NCBI GenBank assembly: GCA_965659715.1
Contig: CBFHXE010000006.1
Location: 287-64,286 of the forward strand
DNA from: an uncultured Rhodobacteraceae bacterium
GTDB lineage: Bacteria; Pseudomonadota; Alphaproteobacteria; Rhodobacterales; Rhodobacteraceae
DNA: 64,000 nucleotides
Direction: 5' to 3'
The notes beneath the pieces are model-generated. The model saw only the letters and a list, made by a program, of their open reading frames with translations. It was not told the DNA's origin and ran no database searches. The translations under genes were made by a program, and so were the position numbers. Of this stretch, positions 39,709-50,280 are shown piece by piece; position 1 is the first letter of the stretch, and the number at the start of each line of letters is the position of its first letter.

Positions 39709-40608
39709 TTAGGCTATACTCGCAGTTTGCCGCCGGGGCGCAACCAAAAACATACCTAAAAGCATGATTAGCAAAGCGCCCCAGAACCAAAGGCCCGGGC
39801 GCTCACCCAAAAGAATAATGGACCAGAAAACCGCAAATACCGTAACCGCATAGCTCACTTGCGACGCAAAAACCGATCCTACTCGGCCAACCAGCCAAAC
39901 ATATGTGGTATAGACAAACACATGCAGCAGTGAGGATAAAAAAAGTGCATAATCGGACGCCGACCAAGGCTGCCTTAGGTCTATCCACTGGCCGCTAGCA
40001 AGGGTTGTAGGGAAGATTAAAATTACCCCTAAAATACAGGCGCCGAACAAGGTTTCCACAGGATCAAGTCCTTGAGTGCCATATTTCGCAACATAATTTC
40101 CCTCAAAGCCGTAAAAAAGTGGTGCCACCAATCCCAAAAGGATAAAGCCGATAGTGGCGCTTTCCGATAGCCGCGCCTCAGGACCGATGAGAATCAAAAC
40201 GCCGATAAACCCTAACACCAATCCCCCTAACCGTCGGAGTTGAAAACGATCGTTCCCCATCATCAGGGCAATGGGAAAAGCAAACATTGGTACTGTTGAA
40301 ATCAAAATACTCAATACGCCACCCGGCAAATAGATTGCGGCGGTATAAGACGCCGAATTAGGCAGAATTGTTCCTACGAGGGCAATTATCAGAAAAAGCC
40401 TGAGGGTTGCCGGAGTGATTTTAGGCCATCTACCTCGCAACGTTTGCACGACGCCCAAGAGGAAAGAACAGATTGCCAATTGCCAAAATATCAAACCAAA
40501 ATGCTGATAACCAGTTGAGACAGCAATTTTTGTCAACGGAATGGTCATGCCCCAGCCGGCACCCATAGCCAGCAGTACTAAGAACGGCCATACTCGGGCG
40601 AGGGTCAC
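39709..40608 (-). CDS. DMT/EamA family transporter
   Basis: About 10 TM helices; start overlaps the upstream stop. Confidence 0.85.
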   Translation of the reverse strand: MTLARVWPFLVLLAMGAGWGMTIPLTKIAVSTGYQHFGLIFWQLAICSFLLGVVQTLRGRWPKITPATLRLFLIIALVGTILPNSASYTAAIYLPGGVLSILISTVPMFAFPIALMMGNDRFQLRRLGGLVLGFIGVLILIGPEARLSESATIGFILLGLVAPLFYGFEGNYVAKYGTQGLDPVETLFGACILGVILIFPTTLASGQWIDLRQPWSASDYALFLSSLLHVFVYTTYVWLVGRVGSVFASQVSYAVTVFAVFWSIILLGERPGLWFWGALLIMLLGMFLVAPRRQTASIA

Positions 40609-41417
40609 GGGGTGTTTTGGGCCAAGCGGCCACCAACACGGATCATATTGACGTTTTGTGCCAGACCCGTAGCGTCATCCGTTTCCACATAAAGCCCACA
40701 AAGTGTCGCTTCGCCTGCCGCTGGTGTGAAGCGGGCCTTGGACATACCCGTGATAAACCGGCGCAGCGGCTCGGCTTTGTCCATGCCGATGACGCTATTG
40801 TAGTCACCACACATGCCAGCATCACTTTGATACGCGGTGCCAGAGGGCAAAATCATTGCGTCAGCTGTTGGCACATGAGTATGCGTTCCCACCACGGCGC
40901 TCACTTTGCCGTCACAAAAATGCCCGACTGCCATTTTTTCCGAGGTTGCCTCGCAATGAATATCAACAATGCTGGCTTGAATTTGCCCGCCTAGCGGATG
41001 ACGGCGCACAACCTCATCCAGCGCACTAAAGGGGTCATCAAATGGGCGTTTCATAAACACCTGCCCCAGGACTTGCGTAACCAAAACCCGCCGCCCGCGG
41101 GCATCAGAGGCGATGTAGACACCCCGCCCCGGCGCCGATTTGGCAAAATTGAGAGGCCGTATAATCCGTGGCTCTTGCTCAATAAAGCTCAGCATATCTT
41201 TTTGATCAAAGGCATGATCACCAAGGGTGATACAATCAGCGCCCGCTTGCAAAAGCCCTTTGGCATGATCTGAGCTGAGGCCCAATCCGCTGGTGGCATT
41301 TTCACCGTTCACAATGACGATATCGAGCCTCAGCTCGGCGCGCAGACGGCCAAGATGCTCACTCACAGCCGCACGGCCCGCGCGGCCCATCACATCGCCC
41401 AAAAATAATAGTTTCAT
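40605..41417 (-). CDS. YmdB-like metallophosphoesterase (TIGR00282 type)
   Basis: LGDVMG, NGENA, GDH, DIHCEATSEK, GTHTH. Confidence 0.93.
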   Translation of the reverse strand: MKLLFLGDVMGRAGRAAVSEHLGRLRAELRLDIVIVNGENATSGLGLSSDHAKGLLQAGADCITLGDHAFDQKDMLSFIEQEPRIIRPLNFAKSAPGRGVYIASDARGRRVLVTQVLGQVFMKRPFDDPFSALDEVVRRHPLGGQIQASIVDIHCEATSEKMAVGHFCDGKVSAVVGTHTHVPTADAMILPSGTAYQSDAGMCGDYNSVIGMDKAEPLRRFITGMSKARFTPAAGEATLCGLYVETDDATGLAQNVNMIRVGGRLAQNTP

Positions 41418-41466
41418 AACTTTCAGCCCTAGGGGTCAACGCCGCAAAGCGCAAGTAAAACTGATG

Positions 41467-41937
41467 TTAAGCAATCGAATATTTCGCTGCATATTTGATT
41501 GGAAAGTTAACTGAGCGCGCAATAAAGCAAAACTGATGCACCTCATGGTGCAGCTCATCCGCAATCTTTAGATCTGCACCAGCACGCAAAGTGATTTCTG
41601 GCTTGAGGGTTGCGGAAATAAACCGACTTGCGCCATTTTTGAGGGTTTCGCCTTGGGCAAGCGGAGTATCACAATATCTTTCAACAATAATACCGGCGTC
41701 TGAGGCCAAATGCAGATACCATAGCATATGACATGCACTGAGGGCCGAGATCAGCATATCCTCGGGATTATAAAGTTTCGGGTCCCCCCCCAAAAAGGAA
41801 TCGTTCGAGCATTTTACCACAGGCTTGCCTGGACTTGCCATATCCCAACTGCGGTCATAAGAGCGATAACCCGATGTTCCTTCGCCGAGGTTTCCAGTCC
41901 AGGTGATGGTAGCACTATAGTCATGCACAGCGCTCAT
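41467..41937 (-). CDS. OsmC family protein
   Basis: NPEDML..ALSACHMLWYL, HQFCFIARSVNF. Confidence 0.92.
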   Translation of the reverse strand: MSAVHDYSATITWTGNLGEGTSGYRSYDRSWDMASPGKPVVKCSNDSFLGGDPKLYNPEDMLISALSACHMLWYLHLASDAGIIVERYCDTPLAQGETLKNGASRFISATLKPEITLRAGADLKIADELHHEVHQFCFIARSVNFPIKYAAKYSIA

Positions 41938-42506
41938 GATTTCGCTCCGGTCATATCGATAATCTCAATTTCAGTCACGATCATGTCCAAAGGTTGATCC
42001 GTGGGCTCAAGCGGCAAGGCCTCGGCGACCTGATCTGCATAGGCAAAGCCGATCGCCAATGTTGCACGCCGATTGCGTAAAAGTTCAAGCGTTCGGTCAT
42101 AAAATCCGCCCCCATAACCAAGCCGCCCACCGCAGAGATCAAAAGCGACCAGTGGAACAATCACAACTTGGGGTTCGAAAAACGCATCCACTGCAGGAAC
42201 TTTTGCGCTAAAAGGGCCCTCTTTCATCTCACAGTCTGGTTCCCAGCGGGAAAATTTTAATGGCGCGCCTTCTGCTTGGATGACGGGAACCCCGACCCTG
42301 CCATGAGCGCTGGCTTCTGCCATGGCCGGTCGTGGATCAATTTCGGTTCGGATTGGCATATAGCCAGCCAGTGGCACCCCGCGATACCCCGCCAACACGG
42401 ATGAAAGCAGCCCAGCGCCGGTTCCGCTATCGGCTGCATGCGCCAATTTACGGCGTGCAAACGCCGCCTTGCGCGCCGCTGCTTTCAACTCTTCGAGCCG
42501 GTTCAA
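41934..42506 (-). CDS. 5-formyltetrahydrofolate cyclo-ligase
   Basis: VPLVAFD..G.RLGYGGGFYDRTL. Confidence 0.94.
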   Translation of the reverse strand: MNRLEELKAAARKAAFARRKLAHAADSGTGAGLLSSVLAGYRGVPLAGYMPIRTEIDPRPAMAEASAHGRVGVPVIQAEGAPLKFSRWEPDCEMKEGPFSAKVPAVDAFFEPQVVIVPLVAFDLCGGRLGYGGGFYDRTLELLRNRRATLAIGFAYADQVAEALPLEPTDQPLDMIVTEIEIIDMTGAKS

Positions 42507-43894
42507 AACAACACCAGCGCAGCCAGCCCGAGAAAGGCAAAAAAGCCAACAACATCTGTGACCGTGGTCACAAAAGCGCCTGACGCGAGCGCTGGATCAA
42601 TCCCGATTTTATCAAGCAAGATCGGCACACCGGTTCCGGCAAGCCCTGCAATAAGCAAATTGAGCACCATGGCCAAGGCGATCACATACCCAAGTTGCGG
42701 GGATCCATACCAGATCATACCGATGACCCCCATCACCACGGCAAACACTGCCCCGTTGATCAACCCAACCAAGGCTTCGCGTCGAATAATGCGCAAAAAA
42801 TTGGACCCTGTAAGGTCTTTGGTGGCAATGGCGCGCACCGCAATGGTCAGACTTTGGGTGCCAGCATTGCCGCCCATTGAGGCAATAATTGGCATTAAAA
42901 CTGCCAGCGCCACAAACTGCGCTATCGTCGCCTCGAACTGCGCAATGACCAAGGATGCGGCCACAGCTGTGACCAAATTAACCGCCAGCCACGGAAACCG
43001 CTGGCGTGTGGTTTCCAGCACCGTGTCGCTCAGCCGGTTGTCACCGACCCCGGCAAGCCGCAGAATATCCTCTTCGTGTTCTTCATCAAGCACAGCCATT
43101 GCATCATCAATTGTGATAACACCGATAAGCCGACCATCTGCACTGATCACTGGCGCTGAAATAAGGTGGTACTGATTAAACGCATAGGCCACATCTTCTT
43201 CGTCTTGGGCCGCCGGTATGGTGCGAAAAGTTTCTTCCTTGATGGACATCAGCGGCATGTCACGCTGCGACGACATCAACCGGCCAAGTGTAACGTTGCC
43301 GATCGGATGTATTTTGGGATCTACAAGGATCACATGATAGAACTGCTCGGGCAGTTCCTCTGCGTTTCGAAGGTGGTCAATGGCTTCGCCAACGGTCCAA
43401 TACTCAGGTGCAAACACCACTTCGCGCTGCATCAAACGGCCGGCGGAAAATTCCGGATAGGTGAGGGATTGCTCGACAGCGATACGGTCACTGTCATCTA
43501 AAGCTTCAAGGATCGCTTCTTGCTGAGGTGTTTCCAAATCTTCTAAAAGATCGACAACCTCATCGCTTTCCAGCTCTCGCACCGCACCTGCTAGCACCTC
43601 GGGTGATAGAAGCGTAACGACCTCTTCGCGCAGCCCTTCGTCAAGCTCGGCCAGAATATCGCCGTCAAATTCGCGGTCGTAAAGCGCAATAAGCCGGCGG
43701 CGGTCATAAGCGGTGATTTGTTCTAAAAGATCGGCCACATCGGCGGCGTGCAGCGGTTCAATCAATGTGATCAGTTGATCTCGGTCCTGCACTTCGACCG
43801 CATAAAGGATGGCTGAAACAGCACGGCGGTCAAGTACATAGGCAGCCACATTTGCATCATGATCTGGCGCCATTAAGCTGTCTTGGTTTTGCAT
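42503..43894 (-). CDS. mgtE: Magnesium transporter MgtE
   Basis: CBS pair, MPIIASMGGNAGTQS, DPALASGAFVTTVTD. Confidence 0.96.
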   Translation of the reverse strand: MQNQDSLMAPDHDANVAAYVLDRRAVSAILYAVEVQDRDQLITLIEPLHAADVADLLEQITAYDRRRLIALYDREFDGDILAELDEGLREEVVTLLSPEVLAGAVRELESDEVVDLLEDLETPQQEAILEALDDSDRIAVEQSLTYPEFSAGRLMQREVVFAPEYWTVGEAIDHLRNAEELPEQFYHVILVDPKIHPIGNVTLGRLMSSQRDMPLMSIKEETFRTIPAAQDEEDVAYAFNQYHLISAPVISADGRLIGVITIDDAMAVLDEEHEEDILRLAGVGDNRLSDTVLETTRQRFPWLAVNLVTAVAASLVIAQFEATIAQFVALAVLMPIIASMGGNAGTQSLTIAVRAIATKDLTGSNFLRIIRREALVGLINGAVFAVVMGVIGMIWYGSPQLGYVIALAMVLNLLIAGLAGTGVPILLDKIGIDPALASGAFVTTVTDVVGFFAFLGLAALVLF

Positions 43895-44030
43895 GGTAGG
43901 ACCTTTCGCACGTTGCGACCTTGATACTAACAACAGTTACAAAAAAACAATGACAATCCCCTAGTTTACGGGACCAAAGATGATCTTTATGGTAAATTCG
44001 CTGACATTCACAAGAAAGCGCATTTAAACC

Positions 44031-45341
44031 ATGGCTGCAAGCACCTGCGACAAACTTTTGCTCGGGCAAACCCTGCGCTTCATGGACAACCCTTTTGAAC
44101 AAGGCATAGAGGCTGCCACGCAAACCAACAGCAAGGGCGGTATTTTAATCAGGGAGGGAAAAATTAAAGCCATCGGTGCGGGCGATGAGTTGCGCGCGGC
44201 TCACCCTCAGGCCGAAGTTATTGAGTACGGCGACAAACTGCTGGTCGCGGGTTTCGTCGACGCGCATGTGCATTATCCGCAAACTGCGATTATCGCCAGT
44301 TGGGGCAAGCGGCTGATTGACTGGCTGAACACCTATACATTTCCAGAAGAAATGCGCTTTGATGATCCGCACTATGCCGCGATGATTGCCGAACGTTATC
44401 TGGATTTAGCGCTGTCGCATGGCACTACGGCTTTCTCCAGCTACTCCACCATCCACCCGGTCAGTGTTAGCGCGCTTTTCGAGGCTGCCGCCAAACGCGG
44501 CCTGTGTGTGGTTGCGGGTAAAACCTGCATGGACCGAAATGCCCCCGAAGGCCTGTGTGACACGCCGCAATCAGCTTATGATGACAGCAAAGCACTGCTG
44601 CAGAAATATCACGGCAAGGACCGGTTAAACTATGCCATCACGCCAAGGTTTTCGCCCACCTCAACACCCGAACAGCTTGCCGCATTGGGTGCGCTTTGGG
44701 CTGAGCACCCCGAATGCTTGATGCAAACCCATCTGAGCGAACAAGTTGATGAGATTGAGTGGGTGCGCGCCTTGTTTCCAGAGGCCCGCGATTATCTGGA
44801 CACTTATGAACGTTACGGCCTGCTGGGCGCGCGGGGTGTTTATGGCCATGCGATTCATCTTGAGCCGCGCGAAAAAGACCGCCTTAAAGAAGTTGGCGCA
44901 GCGCTGGTGCATTGCCCAACTTCAAACGCATTTATTGGCTCTGGCCTGTTTGATATGGGCGGGCTTATGACAGCAGGCCAGCGCATTGGATTAGCCACTG
45001 ACACTGGAGGCGGGTCCAGTTTTTCGATGCTGCGCACCATGGCTAGCGCCTATGAGATTGGCCAGTTAAACGGCACCGTGCTGCATCCTGCCGAACTGAT
45101 GTGGCTGGCCACTACGGGATCGGCCAAAGCCCTGCACCTTGATCCGCAAATCGGCACACTTGATCCGGGTAGGTTTGCAGATATCGTGGTATTGGATCTG
45201 CAATCAACTCCGGCAATTTCTCAACGCGCAGTTCGAGCCGATGACCTATGGAGCGCATTGTTCCCAACCATTATGATGGGCGACGACCGCGCCATTAACG
45301 CGGTTTGGGTACAGGGAAATTTGGTAAAGACGCCCGCATAG
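44031..45341 (+). CDS. guaD: Guanine deaminase
   Basis: GFVDAHVHYPQ, WLNTYTFPEE, AITPRF, QTHLSE, HCPTSN, GDDR. Confidence 0.95.
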   Translation: MAASTCDKLLLGQTLRFMDNPFEQGIEAATQTNSKGGILIREGKIKAIGAGDELRAAHPQAEVIEYGDKLLVAGFVDAHVHYPQTAIIASWGKRLIDWLNTYTFPEEMRFDDPHYAAMIAERYLDLALSHGTTAFSSYSTIHPVSVSALFEAAAKRGLCVVAGKTCMDRNAPEGLCDTPQSAYDDSKALLQKYHGKDRLNYAITPRFSPTSTPEQLAALGALWAEHPECLMQTHLSEQVDEIEWVRALFPEARDYLDTYERYGLLGARGVYGHAIHLEPREKDRLKEVGAALVHCPTSNAFIGSGLFDMGGLMTAGQRIGLATDTGGGSSFSMLRTMASAYEIGQLNGTVLHPAELMWLATTGSAKALHLDPQIGTLDPGRFADIVVLDLQSTPAISQRAVRADDLWSALFPTIMMGDDRAINAVWVQGNLVKTPA

Positions 45342-45510
45342 CACTGACGTTATCCGTCATTTCCTCGGCCCGAAGTTGACCGCTTCCGTTGTATGCGTTC
45401 TATGAATGACCGATTTCTCGTGCTAAGGTCAGCGCAAGGTTACACAGTTGCTTAGTTATTTTCCGCTAGAGAATTTTATAATTTCATAACCAAATATTTG
45501 ACACTTTCTT

Positions 45511-46284
45511 ATGAAAACGTATCACCAAGACGGCAACCACAGAAAAAGCGCCTTTTCCGGATTGCAGAAGGATTATGAGGCTGCGCGGCCACAGTATCCC
45601 CTAGCCGCGTTGGAGCTTATAAAGCAGCATTGCCGGTCACCAGGCCTGATTTGTGATATCGGTTGCGGCACAGGAAAATTGACACGGCAACTTGGCGCAT
45701 TGTATCCCAATACCGAAATTCTAGGATTTGATATCAACGCAGATATGGTCTCCGCCGCTAAAAATGCGGGTGGCGCTGGAATATGCTATGCAGTTTGCCC
45801 TGCCGAAGACCTTCCTCTTGCTCAGCAGAGCGCAGATATCATAACTGTGGCGCAAGCGGTACATTGGTTTGACCGGCCTGCCTTTTTTAGGGAATCCTTG
45901 CGGATTTTATCCACACGCGGCGTGCTTTTCCTGATCGAAAACAATCGCAACTGGAAACGAAGTGTGCTTCTTGCCGGCTATGAGGATTTACTTGAAGAGC
46001 TGTCGCCAAATTACTCGCGGCTCTATCGCGGCTTTGATGGCGCGGGTGAGGCCAAAGAGGTAGGATTTAGCCAAGTAAGCACCCAGCGCTATCCTTGGGT
46101 GCGCAAAATATCGCCAAAGGGTTTTGAACAAATGGCCCGATCTTCAACCCACTATCAAGCAGCTTTAAAAGCCAACCCAGAGGCGACAGAAGCTGCGCTC
46201 AATGCGCTGCTTTCCGCATCCGGTGATGCCGATGGTCAGATCACTGTAGAGTATGAGATAAAAATTATTGCGGCAGCTTTGTGA
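45511..46284 (+). CDS. Class I SAM-dependent methyltransferase
   Basis: Y..ARPQYP, DIGCGTG, VAQAVHWFD. Confidence 0.88.
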   Translation: MKTYHQDGNHRKSAFSGLQKDYEAARPQYPLAALELIKQHCRSPGLICDIGCGTGKLTRQLGALYPNTEILGFDINADMVSAAKNAGGAGICYAVCPAEDLPLAQQSADIITVAQAVHWFDRPAFFRESLRILSTRGVLFLIENNRNWKRSVLLAGYEDLLEELSPNYSRLYRGFDGAGEAKEVGFSQVSTQRYPWVRKISPKGFEQMARSSTHYQAALKANPEATEAALNALLSASGDADGQITVEYEIKIIAAAL

Positions 46285-46306
46285 TCCAAACCTAAAATAG
46301 TTTTGA

Positions 46307-47647
46307 TCACATCAGGTTTCGTGCCAACCGGTTTTGCTCGGCAATCACGGCTGGCAGGTCAAGCTTTGCAAAGGCATGATCGCGGATAATCTGTTGTCCT
46401 TCCACAAAGAGATGTTTCACCGTCATTGGGCCGGCAAGCAAAAGCGCGGCCGGGTCCCAGCTTCCGGCAGACTCGAGGCTTGAGACATCCCATATGGCCA
46501 GATCGGCGCGTTTGCCCGGTGCAAGCCTACCGCATTCGGGCCGGCCCAAAATATCGGCCCCGCCCCGGGTGGCGAGTTCCAATGCTTCGCGCGCCGACAT
46601 GGCATCTGCCCCCAAGGACACACGCTGCAACAACATGGCTTGGCGCGCTTCAAGAATTAAATTGCTGCTGTCATTGCTGGCCGATCCGTCAACGCCCAAA
46701 CCAACAGGTACCCCGCGATCTCGCATCTGCCGGATCGGCGCAATGCCTGATCCCAATCGGCAATTTGAGCAAGGACAATGGGCCACGCCGGTTTTGGTTT
46801 CTGCAAAAAGCGCCTGCTCTGAAGCGTCAAGTTTTACACAATGCGCGTGCCAGACATCTGGGCCAACCCAGCCCAGATCTTGTGCATATTGCCCCGGGCG
46901 GCAGCCGAATTTTTCTAATGAGTAATCAATATCTTCTTGGTTTTCGGCCAGATGCGTGTGCAGATGAACCGACTTATCACGCGCCAACAGCGCCGCCTCG
47001 CGCATCAAATCGCGGCTGACCGAAAAGGGCGAACACGGGGCAATTCCAACCCGAATAAGCGCGGACGGATCACGGTCATGAAAGCGGTCAATCACGCGGA
47101 TGCAGTCTTTTAGGATGTCATCTTCTTTCTCAACCAGATCATCAGGCGGCAAACCACCATCACTTTCGCCGATGCTCATGGAACCGCGGGTGGCATAAAG
47201 CCGGATGCCAACCTCATGCGCCGCCTGGATGGTATCATCAAGCCGCGCGCCATTTGGATAAAGATAAAGATGATCCGAGCTGAGCGTACAGCCAGATAGG
47301 GCCAATTCAGCCAAACCCACCATAGCTGATACGCGCATTTCATCCGGACCAAACCGCGCCCAGATCGGATAGAGCGTTTGCAGCCATCCAAAAAGCAAAG
47401 CATCCTGCGCCTCTGGCACGGCGCGGGTGAGGGTTTGATAGAGATGGTGGTGCGTGTTGACCAACCCCGGCGTGACCACACAGCCGCACGCGTCAACAAG
47501 TTCAGCCGCTGGGCTTTGAGATGTTAGGTTGTGACCCAACTCGATAATTTCACCACCCCGTATGCGGATGTCAGCGCCGCGCAACTCTTGGCGCTGGTCA
47601 TCCATCGTAAGGATATGATCGGCATTTTGAATAATGAGGTCTTGCAT
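46307..47647 (-). CDS. 8-oxoguanine deaminase / AtzB-like amidohydrolase
   Basis: PGLVNTHHHLYQ, APCSPFSV, HTHLAE, HCPCSN, GVDGSASND. Confidence 0.9.
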   Translation of the reverse strand: MQDLIIQNADHILTMDDQRQELRGADIRIRGGEIIELGHNLTSQSPAAELVDACGCVVTPGLVNTHHHLYQTLTRAVPEAQDALLFGWLQTLYPIWARFGPDEMRVSAMVGLAELALSGCTLSSDHLYLYPNGARLDDTIQAAHEVGIRLYATRGSMSIGESDGGLPPDDLVEKEDDILKDCIRVIDRFHDRDPSALIRVGIAPCSPFSVSRDLMREAALLARDKSVHLHTHLAENQEDIDYSLEKFGCRPGQYAQDLGWVGPDVWHAHCVKLDASEQALFAETKTGVAHCPCSNCRLGSGIAPIRQMRDRGVPVGLGVDGSASNDSSNLILEARQAMLLQRVSLGADAMSAREALELATRGGADILGRPECGRLAPGKRADLAIWDVSSLESAGSWDPAALLLAGPMTVKHLFVEGQQIIRDHAFAKLDLPAVIAEQNRLARNLM

Positions 47648-47648
47648 T

Positions 47649-48488
47649 TTATTTGGCTGCAACCGCATAGGGCGCAAGCAAGGGAAGGACTTCATCAAGC
47701 AGCTGTTGATTGGCGCAAGCCACCACCTGACCACCAAGATGCGCAGGGCCGCCCTGCCAATTCGTCACCACTCCACCCGCCGCCTCAACCACCGCGATCG
47801 GTGCCTGAATATCATAGGCGTTTAAACCCGCTTCGATCACCAAATCAATCTGCCCAGCGGCCAGCAAGGCATAGGCATAGCAATCAGCGCCATACCGCAC
47901 CAAATTGGCACAATCAGCCACAGCGCGAAACCCTTGGTAATCTGCCTTGGTGCCGACCTCAGGGTATGTTGAAAACAATGTTGCTTGATCCAACTTATTG
48001 GCTGGCCGCGCCGCCAGAGTACGTTTGCCCAAAGGGCCATTATAGTAGGCTTGGCCAAACCCGCCGACAAACCGCTCGCCAATATAAGGCTGATCAATGA
48101 TACCCAAAAGTGGGCCGGACTGATCAGACAGAGCGATTAAGACCCCCCATGTGGGAGTGCCACTGATAAATCCGCGCGTGCCATCAATAGGATCAAGAAC
48201 CCAACTTAACCCCGACAGGCCAGACGATCGGCCGAACTCTTCGCCCCAAATTCCATCTTGAGGGCGCTTTGTCGCAAGAACGTCGCGCATCGCCTGTTCT
48301 GCGGCCTTATCGGCAGCAGTAACAGGGTCAAAACCTGCAGCATCCTTATTTTCCAAGGCAAGATCAGAACCCCTGAAATAGGGTAAAATGGCCTTTTTCG
48401 CAGCCTCGGCCATTTCGTGAGCCACAGAGATTAAGTCCGTTTGTTCATCCGCAGAGATGGGATTGCGCAAGCTGTTTGACACGCTCAT
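47649..48488 (-). CDS. hisN: Histidinol-phosphatase (inositol monophosphatase family)
   Basis: FDPVTAAD, GEE, WVLDPIDGTRGF, DCYAY. Confidence 0.85.
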   Translation of the reverse strand: MSVSNSLRNPISADEQTDLISVAHEMAEAAKKAILPYFRGSDLALENKDAAGFDPVTAADKAAEQAMRDVLATKRPQDGIWGEEFGRSSGLSGLSWVLDPIDGTRGFISGTPTWGVLIALSDQSGPLLGIIDQPYIGERFVGGFGQAYYNGPLGKRTLAARPANKLDQATLFSTYPEVGTKADYQGFRAVADCANLVRYGADCYAYALLAAGQIDLVIEAGLNAYDIQAPIAVVEAAGGVVTNWQGGPAHLGGQVVACANQQLLDEVLPLLAPYAVAAK

Positions 48489-48536
48489 GGACGCTTTTTG
48501 CCCTTTTAAAGATGCCTGACCCATATGCAGGCTGGT

Positions 48537-48908
48537 TTAAGCAACGTCACTCAGAACCCGTGCAAGATCAAACAAACGGCGACGTTGATTTTCTGGAATT
48601 GAGTAATAAGACCGAACTAAATCCAAGGCCTCTTTATCACCCATTAAATCCGCTGGAACAGATTCACTAGACCCAGCAGCTGCCACTTCCTGCTCAATGC
48701 CTTCAAAAAAGAAGTTTACCGGAACATCCATGGCCTCCGAGATGTCCCAAAGCCGTGACGCACTGACCCGGTTCGCACCTGTTTCATATTTTTGGATTTG
48801 TTGAAATTTTATACCAACTTGCTCAGCCAATTGCTGCTGAGTCATGCCAACCAACCAACGACGTTGACGAATTCGTTTACCCACATGTAGATCAACTGGG
48901 TGCGCCAT
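48537..48908 (-). CDS. XRE/Cro-family HTH regulator (conserved alphaproteobacterial type)
   Basis: HPVDLHVGKRIR, FQQIQKYETGANRVSASRL. Confidence 0.93.
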   Translation of the reverse strand: MAHPVDLHVGKRIRQRRWLVGMTQQQLAEQVGIKFQQIQKYETGANRVSASRLWDISEAMDVPVNFFFEGIEQEVAAAGSSESVPADLMGDKEALDLVRSYYSIPENQRRRLFDLARVLSDVA

Positions 48909-49183
48909 ATAATATTCCTTTTTGCTCCCCTCTTTTAATTAAGAGGTGTGTCATCGCGCGATCATCGCCCGATTTTGAAAATTACTGCGTCGCGCATCCC
49001 GTCAACGCAAATCGATCATATCAGAACCATCTAATCACGCAAGAGCTTAAAGAAACCTAAGCGAATCGCAGAAATATTTCGTTCAATTTTTGCGGGTATA
49101 CTCTTGGGGTTGCAAAATATTTGGCTATTTGATTTCAATCTTGCTGATATTGCAGTAAATGCAGCAGCAAAAGTGAGTATAAA

Positions 49184-50143
49184 ATGCAGGCACTTCAAGT
49201 CACACAGTTCGGGCAAAACCCGCAGGTTAGCACCATTGACACCCCAAAGCCGGCTTCAGGCCAGGTTCGACTAAAAATACTTGCCTGCGGCTTGAACTTT
49301 GCCGACCTTTTGATGATCAAAGGAACGTATCAGGACACCCCACCAGTGCCTTTCACGCTCGGATTAGAATTGGTGGGTATTGTCGACGCCTTGGGGCCCA
49401 AAACGTCAGGGCCAGCAATTGGAACGCGGGTCGCGGTTTACAGCGGCCAAGGCGGTTTGGCGCAATACGGCTGCTTTGATGCCACGCGGTGCCTGCCTTT
49501 GCCAGACGGCGTTCCGACCATTGAAGCCGCAGGATTTCAAATTGCTTATGGGACCAGTCATGTGGCTTTGTACTACAAGGCCCGCTTGCAGCCGGGCGAA
49601 ACCTTGCTTGTGCTTGGGGCGGCTGGCGGCGTCGGGCTCACTGCGGTTGAACTGGGTAAGTTAATGGGCGCTAAAGTTATTGCTGCAGCCCGCGGCCAAA
49701 AACGGCTGGATATTGCGGCAGCCGCTGGCGCAGATCATTTGATCGATTCGGAAACCACAGATTTGCGTGAAGCGGTCAAAGCACTTGGTGGCGCGGATGT
49801 GGTCTATGACCCGGTTGGCGGCGATCAATTTGCCGCAGCTTTTCGCGCCTGCAACCCCGATGGTCGCATGATTGTCATCGGCTTTGCCAGCGGCACGGTG
49901 CCGCCCATAGCAGCCAATCACATGATGGTGAAAAACATCACCGTCCAAGGGGTGAATTGGGGCGGATATATGCGGTTTAAACCACAAGTGCTAACCGAAA
50001 GCCTTAGAACCTTGATCGATTGGTATCAGGCTGGACGGCTTAAGCCGCATATTAGCCATATAGTGCCCTTTGAGCAGGCCGTTGAGGGTTTGGATCTGCT
50101 ACGCACCCGTAAATCTACGGGGAAAGTGGTGATCACACTTTAA
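49184..50143 (+). CDS. NADPH:quinone oxidoreductase (MDR) family protein
   Basis: GLNFADLL..G.YQ, GAAGGVG, YDPVGG, STGKVV. Confidence 0.92.
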   Translation: MQALQVTQFGQNPQVSTIDTPKPASGQVRLKILACGLNFADLLMIKGTYQDTPPVPFTLGLELVGIVDALGPKTSGPAIGTRVAVYSGQGGLAQYGCFDATRCLPLPDGVPTIEAAGFQIAYGTSHVALYYKARLQPGETLLVLGAAGGVGLTAVELGKLMGAKVIAAARGQKRLDIAAAAGADHLIDSETTDLREAVKALGGADVVYDPVGGDQFAAAFRACNPDGRMIVIGFASGTVPPIAANHMMVKNITVQGVNWGGYMRFKPQVLTESLRTLIDWYQAGRLKPHISHIVPFEQAVEGLDLLRTRKSTGKVVITL

Positions 50144-50280
50144 AATTGTTCATGCTATGCGAAAAATTTATAAAACAACTGTTTTCTCGTCTTGAAACCC
50201 GCTATAGGTTTGCCAATATCTATTATAACGGATTTCGCATCGCGCGAGGTCTTCTGTATTAAGACGAACCGGAGGTTAAA

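Noticed and set aside
42506-42520. 6S RNA expected upstream of 5-formyl-THF cyclo-ligase
   Set aside because: mgtE overlaps the gene start, leaving no room
42438-43175. 245-aa plus-strand ORF
   Set aside because: Antisense shadow of mgtE with no motifs; the same applies to the other long antisense ORFs over betA, scpA and the deaminase
45345-45440. Weak TGACC/GGTCA repeats resembling a dispersed palindromic element or riboswitch
   Set aside because: No convincing stem or aptamer consensus; single occurrence in the window
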